Shown in pieces: positions 12,847-25,815 of a DNA stretch of 64,000 bases; the stretch's first letter is position 1, and each line of letters starts with the position of its first letter. The position numbers and the translations under genes are program-made. The notes beneath the pieces are model-generated. The model was not told where the DNA came from and did no database searches. It saw only the letters and a program-made list of their open reading frames with translations. The stretch is from positions 9,156,283 through 9,220,282 of the forward strand of contig OZ316892.1 in the NCBI GenBank assembly GCA_973895155.1, read 5' to 3'. This DNA comes from Marsupella aquatica (lineage: Eukaryota > Plantae > Marchantiophyta).

Positions 12847-13109
12847 CATAAGCACCTTGCATGCTTGAGTTTGTTGGAGTCCATTCTAACCCAAAACGGA
12901 GAACCCATGCCGCATCTTCCCTATGGAGGGTCTCATGGTACTGACACAGTTGAGTACAGACTTCCATCTTGTTTCATGAAGAAATAGATTTTTGAGGAGG
13001 TATACTCAAAAATGGAATTAGATGGCTACGTGAAGGTGAGTGAAAACACTATGTATAAACTCTGGAGTGAGTCCTTCATAAATTTTGACTTTCACAAGGG
13101 AAGTGCATT

Positions 13110-13417
13110 CTCGGGGGGCTCAGTCCAAGGTGTGTCCCATATCACGCTCGAAGTTTTGGAGGAATATTAAACACCCTAATAGTTAAGTCAATAATTTTTT
13201 TTAGGAATTTGTTTACCCCTAACTTAATAGAATATTCCAAGAATATTCCCATATTTGATTTTGAAAAACCCTATGATTCTTACAATTCTCAAAATTAGAT
13301 TAAAATAACCCTAATGTTCTTCAACAAAAATTTAAAAGTATTTTACTAAACCCAATAAAAAAACCCTATACTTATTCGCGCATGATGGGTTGGAAGAAAA
13401 TAAGTGAGGACCCCAGG
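13110..13417. mobile_element. MITE (CTCGGGGG family) with 8-bp TSD, inserted in the transposase
   Basis: TSD AGTGCATT at 13102-13109 and 13418-13425; imperfect TIRs CTCGGGGGGCTCA / TGAGGACCCCAGG; removal restores HKGSAFAKCTLC in frame. Confidence 0.88.
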
Positions 13418-16400
13418 AGTGCATTTGCAAAGTGTACACTTTGCACTAAGTTCAAAGATCAGTTGATGCGGGAGAAGAGAAAGAAAGAGTGTTTAGAGAT
13501 TGAGGAAAGAAGAGCTTGCCATCTTCGTGAGCAAATGTCTAGGAGATATGTTTACTATGCTCATAGGGTTCTTGCGAAGAAGGATCCTCAAAACTATCTT
13601 TGCATTATACATGACAAGATGGACCAAGCCAAGACATGGATCCCTAGGTTGGTCCCCACTCCTAAATCATTGTACGTCTGGTAGTGGTCAACCGCTCCCC
13701 ATTGCGCTCACTGGGATGTTGACCCATGGAAGGGATCCCGGAGTGTATGCTCACTTCAGTTTCACTGGGCTTTGGCCGGGAGATGCAGACTTCACAATGA
13801 CATCAATGGCCAAGTACCTTAGAGATCTGGAGGATTACAAGGGGGACAAATCTGGAGACCTCCTTGAAGGATTATATTGGGCTGCAACGAGGCCAATTTT
13901 TCAATCTCTTTTGGACTTTGAAGCATTTCTCGCAAGTTACTTAGAACCCAAAAAAGTCTCAATTGCTAGATTTCAAGGAGCTGAAGATGACCAAGATCTT
14001 GGGTTATTAAATGTGGTGGATGACGACTTTGGTGTTGATCCCAAGGCTACGTCTACCTCTTTCAAACCATTGCCAAGGCACCTGACCTTGCAAATGGATA
14101 ATTCAGGGAAAGATAACAAAAACCAGTACGTGATGGCATTTTGGAGTGAGCTTGTTAGTAGAGGGGTTTTTGAAACAGTGCAGATGTCGTTTCTCATGGT
14201 TGGTCACACCCATGAGGATGTCGATGCATTGTTTTTGAAAGTATCCAACCAAGTGAAGTACAAGGAGGTTTCTACCCTCTTGGGGTTGATGGTTGAGATT
14301 TGGGAGTGTGAAAGCATTCATCCTGTCCCACGGTTGATCCAAGAGGTTGCAGCTTACAAAGAGTTTTTGAAAACTTTCAAGGTAAAAGACATAGAGGGTC
14401 ACTCAAAACCAATGGCATTTTTTTCTCTATGAGAGATAATATTCCAATATATCAATACAAAGCACATGTGAAACAACCTTGGTACCCTCCAACCGGAAGG
14501 TCCATTTGGAGAACTGATTCCAACACCAACATTGCTCTCATTTTACCAGAAGGTCAACCATTTGCAAAACCCATCTCCGGGGATGTACGAGGCAAGGTTG
14601 AAGAAATCATCCCATTCCTTAATCGTTACATTGAGTTTTTGAAGAAGAGTTGTAAGGATGAGACCTCTACAGTATATCGTGAACGGTTTCCTTTGGTGAA
14701 ATATATATTGGGAGATGGTGGTGCAAGTATTATCTGGGGAGCTTACAATTGAAGGGGAGGCAAAAATACAATTAGCATTGACATATGAGTTCTGGCCAAA
14801 AACCAACCACGGAACTGGTTACAAGGTGAATAGCATAGGAACCTCTGAACCGTTGGGGGAGCCTAGTAGTAGTACACAGAATCCAGAAATGGTGGAGCTT
14901 CAGAATGAGTACCTGGAAGAGATGGAGGATCAAGCTGCAACATTTGTTGGCGCTCGACACAAGCGAGAACTTGCACATTGGATTCCTCTGCAAGACATTC
15001 AAAAGGGTCACTTTATATTTCTCCGTCCAGAGGATGAATGGGAAAAGAAGAATGAGAAAGAACGTTTCTGGTTGGTGAGAGCTTTGGGTGTTGTGGACCC
15101 AAACCATGAAGTTCCTTCAGGAGACTTGCAATGCAATGAGAATTCTCCTACTAGTACATAGTATGCTCCTATGTCCAAGTGCAATGGTGGAGGCCTAAAC
15201 ATGGTAAGCATGATGCACCGGATCATGTGCGATATTCATATTGCTTTCAGACCACTAAGACTTGGGAGGTGGATCCTAGGTTTGACATTGCTACTGAACG
15301 TTGACAATTTGCTAATTCTGCTATGTATGGATTCAAGTCACGCTCTAGAGAAGAAAATATAATTGATAGAGGTTTGACCATTCCCAAGCCCGTTCCCAAG
15401 AATGTTTTGATCACACTCAAAACCTACATGGAAGGGATTGTTGAGTAAGTCAAATGTTTTTTAGTAGTCACTCTGTCAGAGTGAGAGAGTCTATGTCAAT
15501 TAGTTTGGAATCAGACATGTCTTTAGTACTTACTGTTGGTTAGTACTAGTATATCTATTTAAGTAACTAATTATTATAATATTTTGGGATACTAGTTTGA
15601 ATAGGTGGAGGTAATTGGACTTGGATACCTTTATAATTGCTTTAATTTAATTATTACATCAATACATACTATATATTACATGAAGTCTTAATATCCATGA
15701 TAGGATGTGATTGCCTCTTACTAGTAAACCTTACTTAGTTTCAACTCGAGTTGCTTAGAATGTAACAAATTACTTGTCTAAATGGATAGTAAGCCAGGTA
15801 TCATTCAAATTTAATATATTAAATGCTTTCAATTAGTAACTAAATAGAAGGTTAATTTAGCTAACTAAGGGTAGAGATCATATTGAAGCTTTACTAGTTA
15901 TATGGGTAGAGATCATATTGAAGCTTTACTAGACAGTTAAATATTCTATTAGTCAGATTGAATCAATGTAAGTAAGTTCTACTTCTTATCTAACATATTT
16001 TACACTATTATCATCCAAATGTTTTTCTTTAGAATCCAAATTAATATTTCATTTTCTCCTATGTATAATCTTGATCCCCCAAATGTACAATATCTAGTGC
16101 CCAAACGTACAACTCTCACTGCCCCAATGTACAATTCTTGTGTCCAAATATATATTTTTGGTGCCTAAATGTCCAAAGATCAAAGAATTTTCCAGTTTTA
16201 ATGAATAGACTGATTTAAAGATTATAAATGATCCTATTGTCACATAAATAATCCCGGGGCCCAAAAAACTAACATATGCTGGAATAAATCAAAAGGACTA
16301 TGGATTCAAACTGGTTTGTAGAGGGAAGATCCAATACTTTTGGCAGGATTCAATATTTTAGTGGTTGATGTATTAAGTTTATTAATTCAAAAGATGCAGG

Positions 16401-16518
16401 TTCGCTGCCCAAGTCAACCCAATGCATTGCCAACCCATTGAGAATTGAGGGAGGTGACCATGGTGAAAATTGAATTTAAATTTGAGGAGGCGTGCTACCC
16501 AACTAAGTCACAACAAGT

Positions 16519-16947
16519 CCCTAGTACCCAACTCTTGTATAATAGGCAAGGGTCTACATTTTTATGTGGACTAACAGGTTCAGTATAAGAAAATTAAAAT
16601 TTGAAAAAGTTTGAAATCATATAAAAGGTTTGGTTTTCTTATTTTTTCACATACAATTAAAAAATATTAATTTTAAATATTTAATTTTTTAAAATAAAAA
16701 TCACAAAATGCTAGCTAGTTTGGCTGTAGACCTCTCTATTAAAAAAAAGTCATATAATTTGGTTTGATCAAATTTTTCCATATAAAAACAAGTTCAATTT
16801 TTTTTTAAGTTATATCTTTGGATTGCTTGACTTGAGAAGTACAAGATTTTAGTAGACTAAAATGAAAATTCACATGGTCAATTGAATATAAAGTCATTAT
16901 AAGTAATTACAAACTTGGCTTATAAGCATGGGAATTGCATACCCGGA
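16519..16947. mobile_element. Older copy of the CCCGGGTATGCAACTC MITE family
   Basis: Colinear similarity to 40575-41049 (CAACTCTTGTATAAT...GGGTCTACATTTT...GCTAGTTTGGCTGTAGACC...TTGCATACCCGG); TSD not recognisable. Confidence 0.8.
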
Positions 16948-16959
16948 CAAATGTCATCA

Positions 16960-17462
16960 AAAACAGCTAGGAAAAGTCTAAGACATAAATCCTCACTAAA
17001 CTACTCTTGTGTATACATCGATCTGCAGTCCAAATTGAAAGGTGATGATGGTGATGATCTACCTACTAGTAAGATTGAATTGGTCAGATGTAGAGGACAG
17101 ATTGTGACGTACCGATTGACACACTTCGATTAGCTGACGCTGAACTAAGTCAAAGATCCATGATGACAAAAACAGCTAGGAAACGTCTAAGACATAAACC
17201 CTTACTAAGATACTGACACTTGTGTATACATCTATGTGCGGTCCAAATTGGAAGGTGATGATGGTGATATCTACCTAATAAATTGGGATGGTCAGATGAG
17301 GAAGTCCCTTTCCTTCAGGAGCATGGAGTGAATTCGGATAGTCTTGATGACACTGAAAGTGGAGTGGTTAGCGACGGTGACATAATTTTAGATTTGAACA
17401 AATTGTGACGGATTGACACATGCACTTCTATTAGTTGGCATTGAAACTAAGCCAAAGATCCA
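16960..17462 (+). repeat. Diverged tandem duplication (~200 bp; second copy has a ~90-bp insertion)
   Basis: AAAACAGCTAGGAAA.GTCTAAGACATAAA...AAAGATCCA occurs at ~16960 and ~17168. Confidence 0.85.
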
Positions 17463-18248
17463 GGATAACAGCTTGAACAATTCAAGTCAATTAATATCGA
17501 TCAAACAGTGAAACTAGAGGGAACGTAGGATAATCTCCATGTCTGAGAAGATCTGTTTTTTAGCTGATTTTGACATTTTTATCAACTAAGCCTCATCCCA
17601 CCAGAGTGGCTTAGAATGATTTATTTTCAGCTTAGAGCCGCCTTGCATGATGTAACTCCGTAGCAAATTGGCCCTAAAACTCCCTTATTAACATGATCTA
17701 TGCCTACAAATTAACCAGTAGACAAACTCTTGATAAAATGCTAACTAGAGTTGCTGAGTTTCTTGGCTCTTATGAAACGATTCGACTCCCTAGTTAGGCC
17801 CAAGATGCTCCAGATCGACGTTTGGATCAGCATAAGGCAGCCATAAGGCAAGTGGGATAGGACACACAAGATACGGCATAATGGCAACATTAAGGGATCA
17901 GAGTTCGTATCAACCAGGGTGATCTGATGTCAAACGGGGGATCGGAATTTGTGGTGACTGAAATGTCAAGTGGGACACCACGAATGTCAAAGTGAGACAC
18001 CACTATATAATGAAAGCATGCCAAGAGAGAAACAAATCAGTTGGAGCAAAGTTAAGACCTTAGCTAAGATCTACCGGGTGATTCAAAACAAATCAAGATT
18101 TAGAAGTCTTACATCGACTAGAATGGCCGGTTGTTTTATTGTAAAAGTCTGAACTGTTCCTAGCTCAGATACGATCGATCAGATTAACTGAAGCTATCTC
18201 CTAACCAATCCAGTATGCATATTAAAATGTTTTCGTCTTCGAGCACAA

Positions 18249-18844
18249 CTAAAGGAGCTCCTCTAGCGGCAGCCAAGCAGCTACAAATTGCAGAGTAGCA
18301 GATTCAGAATTTGCAACTGAGAATCCGGTGTCATCAATTATCCAGTAACAATCTGGCAAACAATCAACTGGCATGCCGTGTTGGCACCAATCGAGGACGG
18401 ACTGATCGAAGTTTCTTGCAGGGAGCCGCACATACCTACACCACCAGTTCAAGGGACATGTCAGGCAAGGGTGTGATCGATACAGTGGTACCTCTCAGGC
18501 AAAGTGAGAGTACCTTTGTCAATTGCTACATAGAGAGTTCGCAAATGGTGTGACATGAGTACACAAGGACAAAAACCAAAAAAATCAGCAGTGAAGCTAA
18601 CTCACCAAGTGCGAACACATATCACGTCCAAAGGAATTTCGAACTTTTCCGTGGTGCCCTGAGTCAATATAGAATCGGTGACAATTGTATCAGAGCCATC
18701 GGCGTGTGTAGCGTGTTTCCGATGTGCAATGTCGAAGCTAGCACTGTTGTGGACATAGGTATATCCGTTCGACTGGCCCAGCACACACTGTGCAAAGGTT
18801 GCCAGAACCAGGAGGGAGAGAAATGCAAATCCTGCTTTCGCCAT
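18249..18844 (-). CDS. Small secreted protein, 141 aa, two exons (18844-18606, 18435-18249); possibly S-protein homologue (Self-incomp_S1)-like
   Basis: Signal-peptide-like N-terminus MAKAGFAFLSLLVLATFAQCVLG; GTGAG donor and TAG acceptor join in frame (426 nt); C-terminal CYWIIDDTGF...W resembles SPH proteins; TATA box upstream. Confidence 0.7.
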
Positions 18845-19024
18845 AGTGTCTTCGCTGTTTCTACAGAGGCTTCAGAGTGTTGCCAAGTTTAACGATGGGA
18901 AGAAAACGGGACTGCTAGCTTGCGTAAGAAAGCAACGAGACAGGAGGTTCTAAGATCGAGAAGAAAGGAACAGAGTGAGAGAAGAATAGACAATGGATCT
19001 GACTGTCTGCTGACCAAGGTAGTG

Positions 19025-19032
19025 TTTATATA
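19025..19032 (-). promoter_or_regulatory. Putative TATA box of the secreted-protein gene
   Basis: TATATAAA on the minus strand ~180 bp upstream of the ATG, with a CT-rich leader between. Confidence 0.5.
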
Positions 19033-20312
19033 TGCGGGAGTCATAGAGGCAAGAAAGTTGGATAAGGGCAGTGGGCTGACTCAGCTGTCGATCAGCGTAC
19101 CCGATGAGTGAACGGGGCTGGCAAGTGAATTAAGGCATGTGAGTAAGTAACGCGGTGGAAGGATGGGCATGCCCATTCGGCCATTCAGGTCCATCTTTCC
19201 TTGACAAAGGATACTATTGGCTGGCTAATGAATGCACTACAGGTGGTTGCCTCGATCTTACTGGTTACATTTTTGGGGTATTGACAGATAGGGGAGCGAA
19301 AGGGGCTGACAAGTGGAGATCAACGGAAGGTTCAGGTTAAGGTTCCCACGCAAGAATGGACAGGCCATGCACATACATGCAAGTAAGTCCGACCCTCCAG
19401 TATACACTAAGGATAATGATGGGCGGGTTAGCTTAGTGACTAGGATGACATGCAGGAGGTGGCCTCTTGTAGGAGATTTTGAAGGAAGAAAATTTAGGTC
19501 CGTTCTGCTACAAGAGTAGCTCGCAGGGCAAGACCAGCCTACCCTTCTGAGATCCCTCTGAAACCGGGTACCTTTGGGTTGGCTTGTTTCTTGCATGGGG
19601 ATCCATGTCCAGCTCTAGCAGTCCAGTATATCCCCGAGTATATCCAAATGCATGGGTGGAAGTTAAGGGCTGGATGAGTGAAGGGATTGACAAGGCCGGC
19701 TTTGCTACCCGGTATTTGGAGGCACTTGATTTGAGAGGCACAAGAGTTTAGGAGACTAATATGGAACCTAACATGGTTAATTGGATATAAGGCATTATCA
19801 AGAATTCCAAACTCGCCTCAATCATAAGAAAGGGAGTTGCATACCCTGGCCCCTAGGTTGAAGTTTCTTAGGTGGCTCACCTTGTGAATTTCTTTCCCCC
19901 TATTAAAGCCCCGATTAAAGCACCCTCTTTCAAAGGAAGGTACAAAAATATCTACAGGTTGAAATGGAGCTGCAGATGACAAATGATATAATGACATGTA
20001 GCACCTTTTGAATGGTTACCCGTTGCTTAGTTCCTTGCTACTTCCAAGTACTTGCCTAAAATGTCCTTTACTTCCTTCTCAGATCACATGAGGTCCAAAG
20101 TTTTTAAAGTGAAACCCCAGCTACAAAAATGTCACAACAAAATGGCCGAGAACCATTTTTACAAAAAATCACCATTTAAATCATGAAACTTGGAAAGATA
20201 AATAAAAGCTCTGATGCTGACTCAATATCAAAATATTTACTTTCACTCCTATTTTGGTATTTCCGCTAGTGAAGACGGTACTCTAAGTACGTACCCTACA
20301 ATAAACAAGGCC

Positions 20313-20935
20313 GGCATCAGTTGCACTGACGGGGAGGAGAGTCCAATAGAGCATTAATTATTTTTAAATGAGATTTTGTAGCTGGCAACCGTAGGAGTCT
20401 AAGAGTTTTGAGGGAAGGACAAACTCTTTGAAGCATGGGGAAAACCTAAATAACCATTGAGGGGCCAGGGAAAATGAAAATTATTTTTTGTTTGTAAAGG
20501 GATTTTTTTAGGCTCTATCCTTTATATCCTTTCTTCTCCTCTCGATCCTCTCCTCTCACCTCCCTTTAATTTTCCTCTTCTCGGCCTCCCCTCTCCCTGA
20601 GTGTGTAACCAAGAATCCCGTGCATTCCTTCCCGGAGCCCCACCCGTGCTTCCGGCTTGGTTTGTGACCTTGATGCTTGCTCTCCCTTTCCCGTCTTATT
20701 AAAAGTTTCCTTCCCTACCTGGCCACCCAGCAACTTAAGTTAATTTGACTGTGGTTTTGGCTGTGAATGGACACAGCCACCCCCCACAACCACCTGGCTT
20801 GCATGACTTTGTCCCAGCTCTACAACCCCTTGTGAAAGAATCGCGTAAATAATTATGCACAGGCTGGAAAAACGCCAAGGTGAATATTTTGGTACCTGAA
20901 ACCACAGGCACCTAATAGTTCATGGGATTTTATTT
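20313..20935 (+). repeat. Repeat block A; inverted copy at 34885-35471
   Basis: GGCATCAGTTGCA...GGAGAGTCCA...GGCAACCGTAGGAG...TTCATGGGATT matches the reverse complement of 34885-35471. Confidence 0.75.
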
Positions 20936-21345
20936 TCAACTAAAGTTGGAATTACAAGAAAATGGTCAAACAAAATGGTAAAAAATATTGTAGGTTATAG
21001 TAAATAAACTTATTTTTGCATCAATTTAGGGACCCCAATTCGAAAGACCAAGTAGGTAATAATTTTAGTCCTTGCATGGGTCCTAAAAAGGAAAAGCACC
21101 GGGCAAATCGATCATCTCGCCTTGAAGGCCAGCATATATCTGTATCAGTGATCAATCTAATCTTCATTTTGGGTGAGGTTCGCGCACTTTGTCCACAGTA
21201 AAGCTCGACTACAAACTAAGGGACTGGTACCAACTTGCAGCTTGGGGCTAGATCCTCTACGTCATTTGACTGACTTCTTAGTAAATGGAAGACAGGCTCC
21301 AAGTACGGTGCAGGAGCCAAGTTACGGAACTTCTGATTATTTCGT

Positions 21346-21480
21346 GCGTGCTAGAAGGGACAACTCCATTAGAACTCCATTACTTGAAGCAATATATTCA
21401 GCTGCTCTTCAATAGCGTGCTAGAAGGACCAACTCCATTAGAACCCCATTATTTGATGCAATATATCAGCAGCTCTCCAA
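21346..21480 (+). repeat. Tandem duplication, ~69 bp x2
   Basis: GCGTGCTAGAAGG..CAACTCCATTAGAAC..CATT.. repeated. Confidence 0.85.
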
Positions 21481-21486
21481 AAGCTT

Positions 21487-23428
21487 CCTTGCTCTTGATA
21501 TTTTACGTACGGACTTCAATATGTTCGATCTGAGTGAAGCTGTGCGCGCTGACCAACCTCCGTCATTACTATTTCATTGAGTCACGGCCTTAGTTTGCAT
21601 CATGCTCTTGACTTTATTTATTTTTTCTCACTAGTTCACATTCCACCGCTAGCTCAGCAGGTTACAGCAGCAAGCCACCCCGTAATTGACTTGAGGCTGG
21701 GGCCACTACGGCGGATGCTAGCTGTCAGGTTGCCCCCTGAGCTCACGTCGTTTAAGTTACTGCATTCGTCAACAACGGAGGCTACTGGTTTGGAGACACC
21801 GTTCAACGCGCAATACAGTCATGTTTGAGCTACGAGTTCGAAGCACACAATGAGCTTTTAATACGAATGGACTTTTCTTCTCCAACCCTGTTAGAAAATC
21901 AAGACGGGAAAGCTCACGTATTATTAAAGCAGCGGTCTACACTCTGGATGATATGAAGACGCTCAAATGTACGTTTTGGAAATATCTATGCATCCAGAAA
22001 TCTTCATTCTCTAATGAGTGTGAGCTGAAAACTGTGGCCCCTGTCTATGGATGGATGCTAAGCGGGCTCATATGCATTCATCATAGAGTCATGATTGGCG
22101 TTCACTCCGTAGGTCCCGCGTCGCTGCTCCTCTCGAAATCCATTGTGTATATTGAAGTAGCACATTTCCAGACCACGTGATGAAAGAGACTGGACAGGGG
22201 TGCAGTCCTCTCATCGTTGAGCGGTGAGCCCTAAAGGTACGAACCATGCATCACCTATGCGGTATTATTTTGGCAAGAGCGCGTCCCATCAAACGTTTCT
22301 GAACTGGCTTCATCGCAGATTGAGGCCAGTCACATCAAACTCTCTCACTTAAAGGAGCAATTGCGGAATTAGCGGACGGCTCAGCGGCATTGTTGTATAA
22401 TCTGACCAACTTGAACGGACACGTCAAACCACAACGGTGGTTCAAGAAGAGGACCAGTACCTTACCCAGGAGTGCAACTGTCCATATTATAATTGAACCT
22501 AACTATCTGCGTCTGAATCTTGCAGGTGAAGCGAAGGTGGGAGGCTAGGGGAATTTCGTTCAGGGTAATGATGTGAAGGTAATCTATTTTCTCACCCGTC
22601 GTTCGTTTTTTCTCGCTTAGTCATTAATTTATCCTGAGTGAGAGATATGACTAGCTTGTATTAATCGAAATCACCCTCTGGACCCTGCAAGTGAAGAGAA
22701 GGTGCATGGGGGCGATTTGTTTTAAGAGAATGATGTCAAGTGGATCTAGATTCTCACCTGTTGTTCACTTTTTCTCTCAATAATCCTGAGGGAGAGATTT
22801 CACTTCAATTGACATGGCTACAGATTAACTCTCACCCACATAACATGTTTAGATACATGCATGATACCCCGCATGATGCTAGTGTAAATATAGTTGTGTG
22901 AAAGCAAAGAAATGATGATGGTGAGCTTTGGGTCTGTCATGGCCCGGTGGATAATTAAGGGCAACCATGGCTGAGTGGTGTATGTACTAGATCTATTGTC
23001 ATATGGTCACGAGCAACCTCTTTTTATCATGGCTTAAGGTAAGCGGTCACCTCTGCTTTGACCAGCAAGCCTTTTGTTTCATTACTTGTCGACCCGAATG
23101 CCAGAGGTTTCTGCACTGCATCCCTTTCATTTGGTATGTTCTCCTAGGGGTTGATTCGAGGGCTCATGTAGAGATGAGTAGGAATTCTGCGATTAATAGG
23201 CTAGCTCTCTGATTGCCTGAATTAGCCCCTTCCGATCAAAGTCACCTAGTATTGCTAAAGAGACAGCTAAGTACTAGTATGGTTACGACTTTCCATGCGT
23301 TAGTCTTAAGCATGAGGACTGGGCAAGAGAAGACAAGTGAGCACCTCATTTATTCATCATTGTTTTGTCTTACTCCTTTATGTGTTGCCATGGTAATCAG
23401 GACACTAGCTTCTAAGTGGTAGATAAGG
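21487..23428 (+). repeat. Repeat block D (~1.95 kb), left copy of the inverted pair flanking the AP2 gene
   Basis: Colinear with the reverse complement of 31413-33457; the MSHGLSLHHALDFI ORF start appears at 21577(+) and 33349(-); ends CCTT...TAAGG. Confidence 0.9.
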
Positions 23429-23879
23429 CCGAGTTGTTTTGTTGACACATTGAAGGGCCGGGACGATAGATTTAAATTCAAGACCAAAGACACCTTCGAG
23501 CCTCAGCATTTGCCCGCACCTGTTCCCTTCTTTTCTCAATTTTCACACTTTTTCTAAGTGTGACTATAGGGTGAATGAACCTCACTTTTGGGTGAGGTAA
23601 ATTAAATAACAAAAGCATCCATCACAAAGGATCCCCACTAAGCTCCTCCACCACACAGTCTGAAGGCAGCTGGCAACCAGAATGATTTGCGCCTGATATT
23701 TACCCCTGCTGGGGCTAGTTTTTACAAACGTGATCTATATAAGGACCAATTTGTCAACTTACAAGACTTGATATCTTTTGCAATGATTATTATTATGACT
23801 TCCCAGGATTCGAGCCCAGTGGGAAACTATTCTAGGTGTACATGTAACTTAAAAGCATCTGCAACAACCCCAAGGTAAG

Positions 23880-24150
23880 CCCGAGGGTAAGCCATTCTCC
23901 TTTTTAACCAAGTTTTAATTCCTTATATATAATGGCTTTATATGCAATTGTCCATGTTAAGTTTCATATCAGTTTACTAAAACTCTTGTCCTCTCAAGGA
24001 ATCCAAAAATGTAACTTAAAAAAAACAATTGGACAGGATTTGAAATTTAAAAGCCTTGATCAAAACAAAATTATATGGCTGTTTTTCAGACAAGGGTCTA
24101 CAACAAAACTAACAAGCCAGTGCGCATTTCTGAATTCTAAAATCTTTTAA
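23880..24150. mobile_element. Partial, degenerate copy of the CCCGGG MITE family
   Basis: Similar to 41193-41450 (AAGTTTTAATTCCTTAT...AATCCAAAAATGTAACTTAAAAAAA...GGGTCTACA..AAACTA). Confidence 0.6.
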
Positions 24151-25815
24151 TAGGTAACTGCCTGGATAGCCGGGATCAACAAAAATTAAAAAGTTCATGG
24201 TGATCTACAATTACAGAACTATTCATGCAGCAGCTAGATCTTCTTCTTTCCTTGATACGGTGGTATTGATCCTCATAAGGTCTACTAATTTTGCAAAGGG
24301 TAGTACCATCAACAATTTCAATACATCATGGCAATTGTGGATGATGTTGAGCTAACTGTCTCCTTTCCTCTAAAATAACTATGATTATTTTACTCTAGTT
24401 AAAACCTAGCCAAGATTCCAAGGAAAATCTAGCCAAGATTGAGTCAAAACCCTGTTACTATAAAAAATTAAAAATGTGTGTTATAAAATGAGGAGTTGTG
24501 TACCTAGGGTTCAGTATTACTAGATGAGGGCGACCTTAATAATTATGAAGTTTTGAGGAATTGGGACATTCATGTATCACCCCTTTTAAATTCCTGGTAG
24601 AGTTTTTTGCCCAGTTTTTTGGTTTCTCAGATGGGTCATTTAGGTTTAAATGCCATACAGTCATGTGTAGCGCAGTCCGTGGAATTGAACTTTTGGCTAG
24701 GTTAATATGGTCACCTTGGGTCAAATGGGATACTTGTAGTGATGTTGGGGTATTTGGGTCACCACTATTAGGTTAATTGATCAGTGTGATACAGTGAATC
24801 TGAATATACTTTTCAGGGTTTATTGTTGCGCTATGAAGTAATCAATATTTAAAGGAACCACAAAATAACCTATAGTAGTAAATGCTTTAAAACGCAAAGC
24901 CCCATACAACTGAAGGCTTGTGCAGTTCTATTTTGAGATAGAGAAATCTATCTTACAGAGTTTGATGAAATGATGACATTTTGTAAAAATGGTTCTCTGC
25001 CATTTGTTGTGAGTATTTGCAAAACCTTCAACTTTGCAAAAATGAAGTACTTGTCTTGTGACATTCCCAAATTGAAGCCAAGCCAAAACAAACACAAGTC
25101 TGCAAGAAGAGAAGCTTAATAATTTGTGCTTATTTCTTGGTTCACATTCCTATATGGAAACAGTGACTTTCCATCAATTTTTTTGTGAAGTTTGAATTTA
25201 GGATATTATCCAGCACTTTTAGCTTTGAAATTTTGCAAAATGTTTCACACCGCAAAATAAATACTAAACAAAACCCAATGCAAGTCGTGTGTAAAAAGGG
25301 GGTGTGCAGTTTGGTTTGACTTTTCGGTCCAAAATATTTGAGAGCTCGGAGTGTATTTTACTACAAATATGCAAAGTGGGCAGAATTGAATATATTTATA
25401 ACGTATTGCTTTGCATATTAATATTTCAAAAATAAAGTCCTTACAAAAAATTTGTACTTGCAAACTTAGAGTGTTACGCAGCGGGGTTCTGATTTATCTG
25501 CTATCAAACTATATTTACGAACACCAGAAGTTGACACTTCCTAAGATGGACACAGCGAATTCTTGCTTTTCCGGATCTAGCTTGAGCAACTCTGACTCGC
25601 CACTCAGTTGGAAAATTGTAGGAGGACAGTCAGCCTAGCCACTCCTGAGGTTTGGAAAGTCTGCTGTCATGGAGTACTGTCTGCGTCTTTTAGACTCATG
25701 TGCAGGTTTGGGTACATGGAAGGTTGCCCTCTGAGCCTGGTCGAGCTGGACCATGGTTCTAACGAAACTCCTGCACGAACCAGTGGTCCTGATGCGGTTG
25801 GGAACAAGCTCGGCA

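Larger units (their letters stand above)
8237..15448 (+). pseudogene. Interrupted ~1250-aa DNA transposase: three TnpA/En-Spm-like N-terminal domains plus a Sola-like DDD core (DUF7869-like)
   Basis: ORFs at 8051, 8801 and 9401 share one frame, separated only by point stops. The frame resumes at 12847 after the LTR and at 13426 after a MITE. Motifs: AKCTLC, HDKMDQAK, LQMDNSGKDNKN, FLMVGHTHEDVD. Further frameshifts near 13670, 14425 and 14700. Confidence 0.8.

Noticed and set aside
16075-16500. Possible right terminus of the DDD-transposase element (TGTACAA-type repeats)
   Set aside because: No matching left TIR or TSD identified
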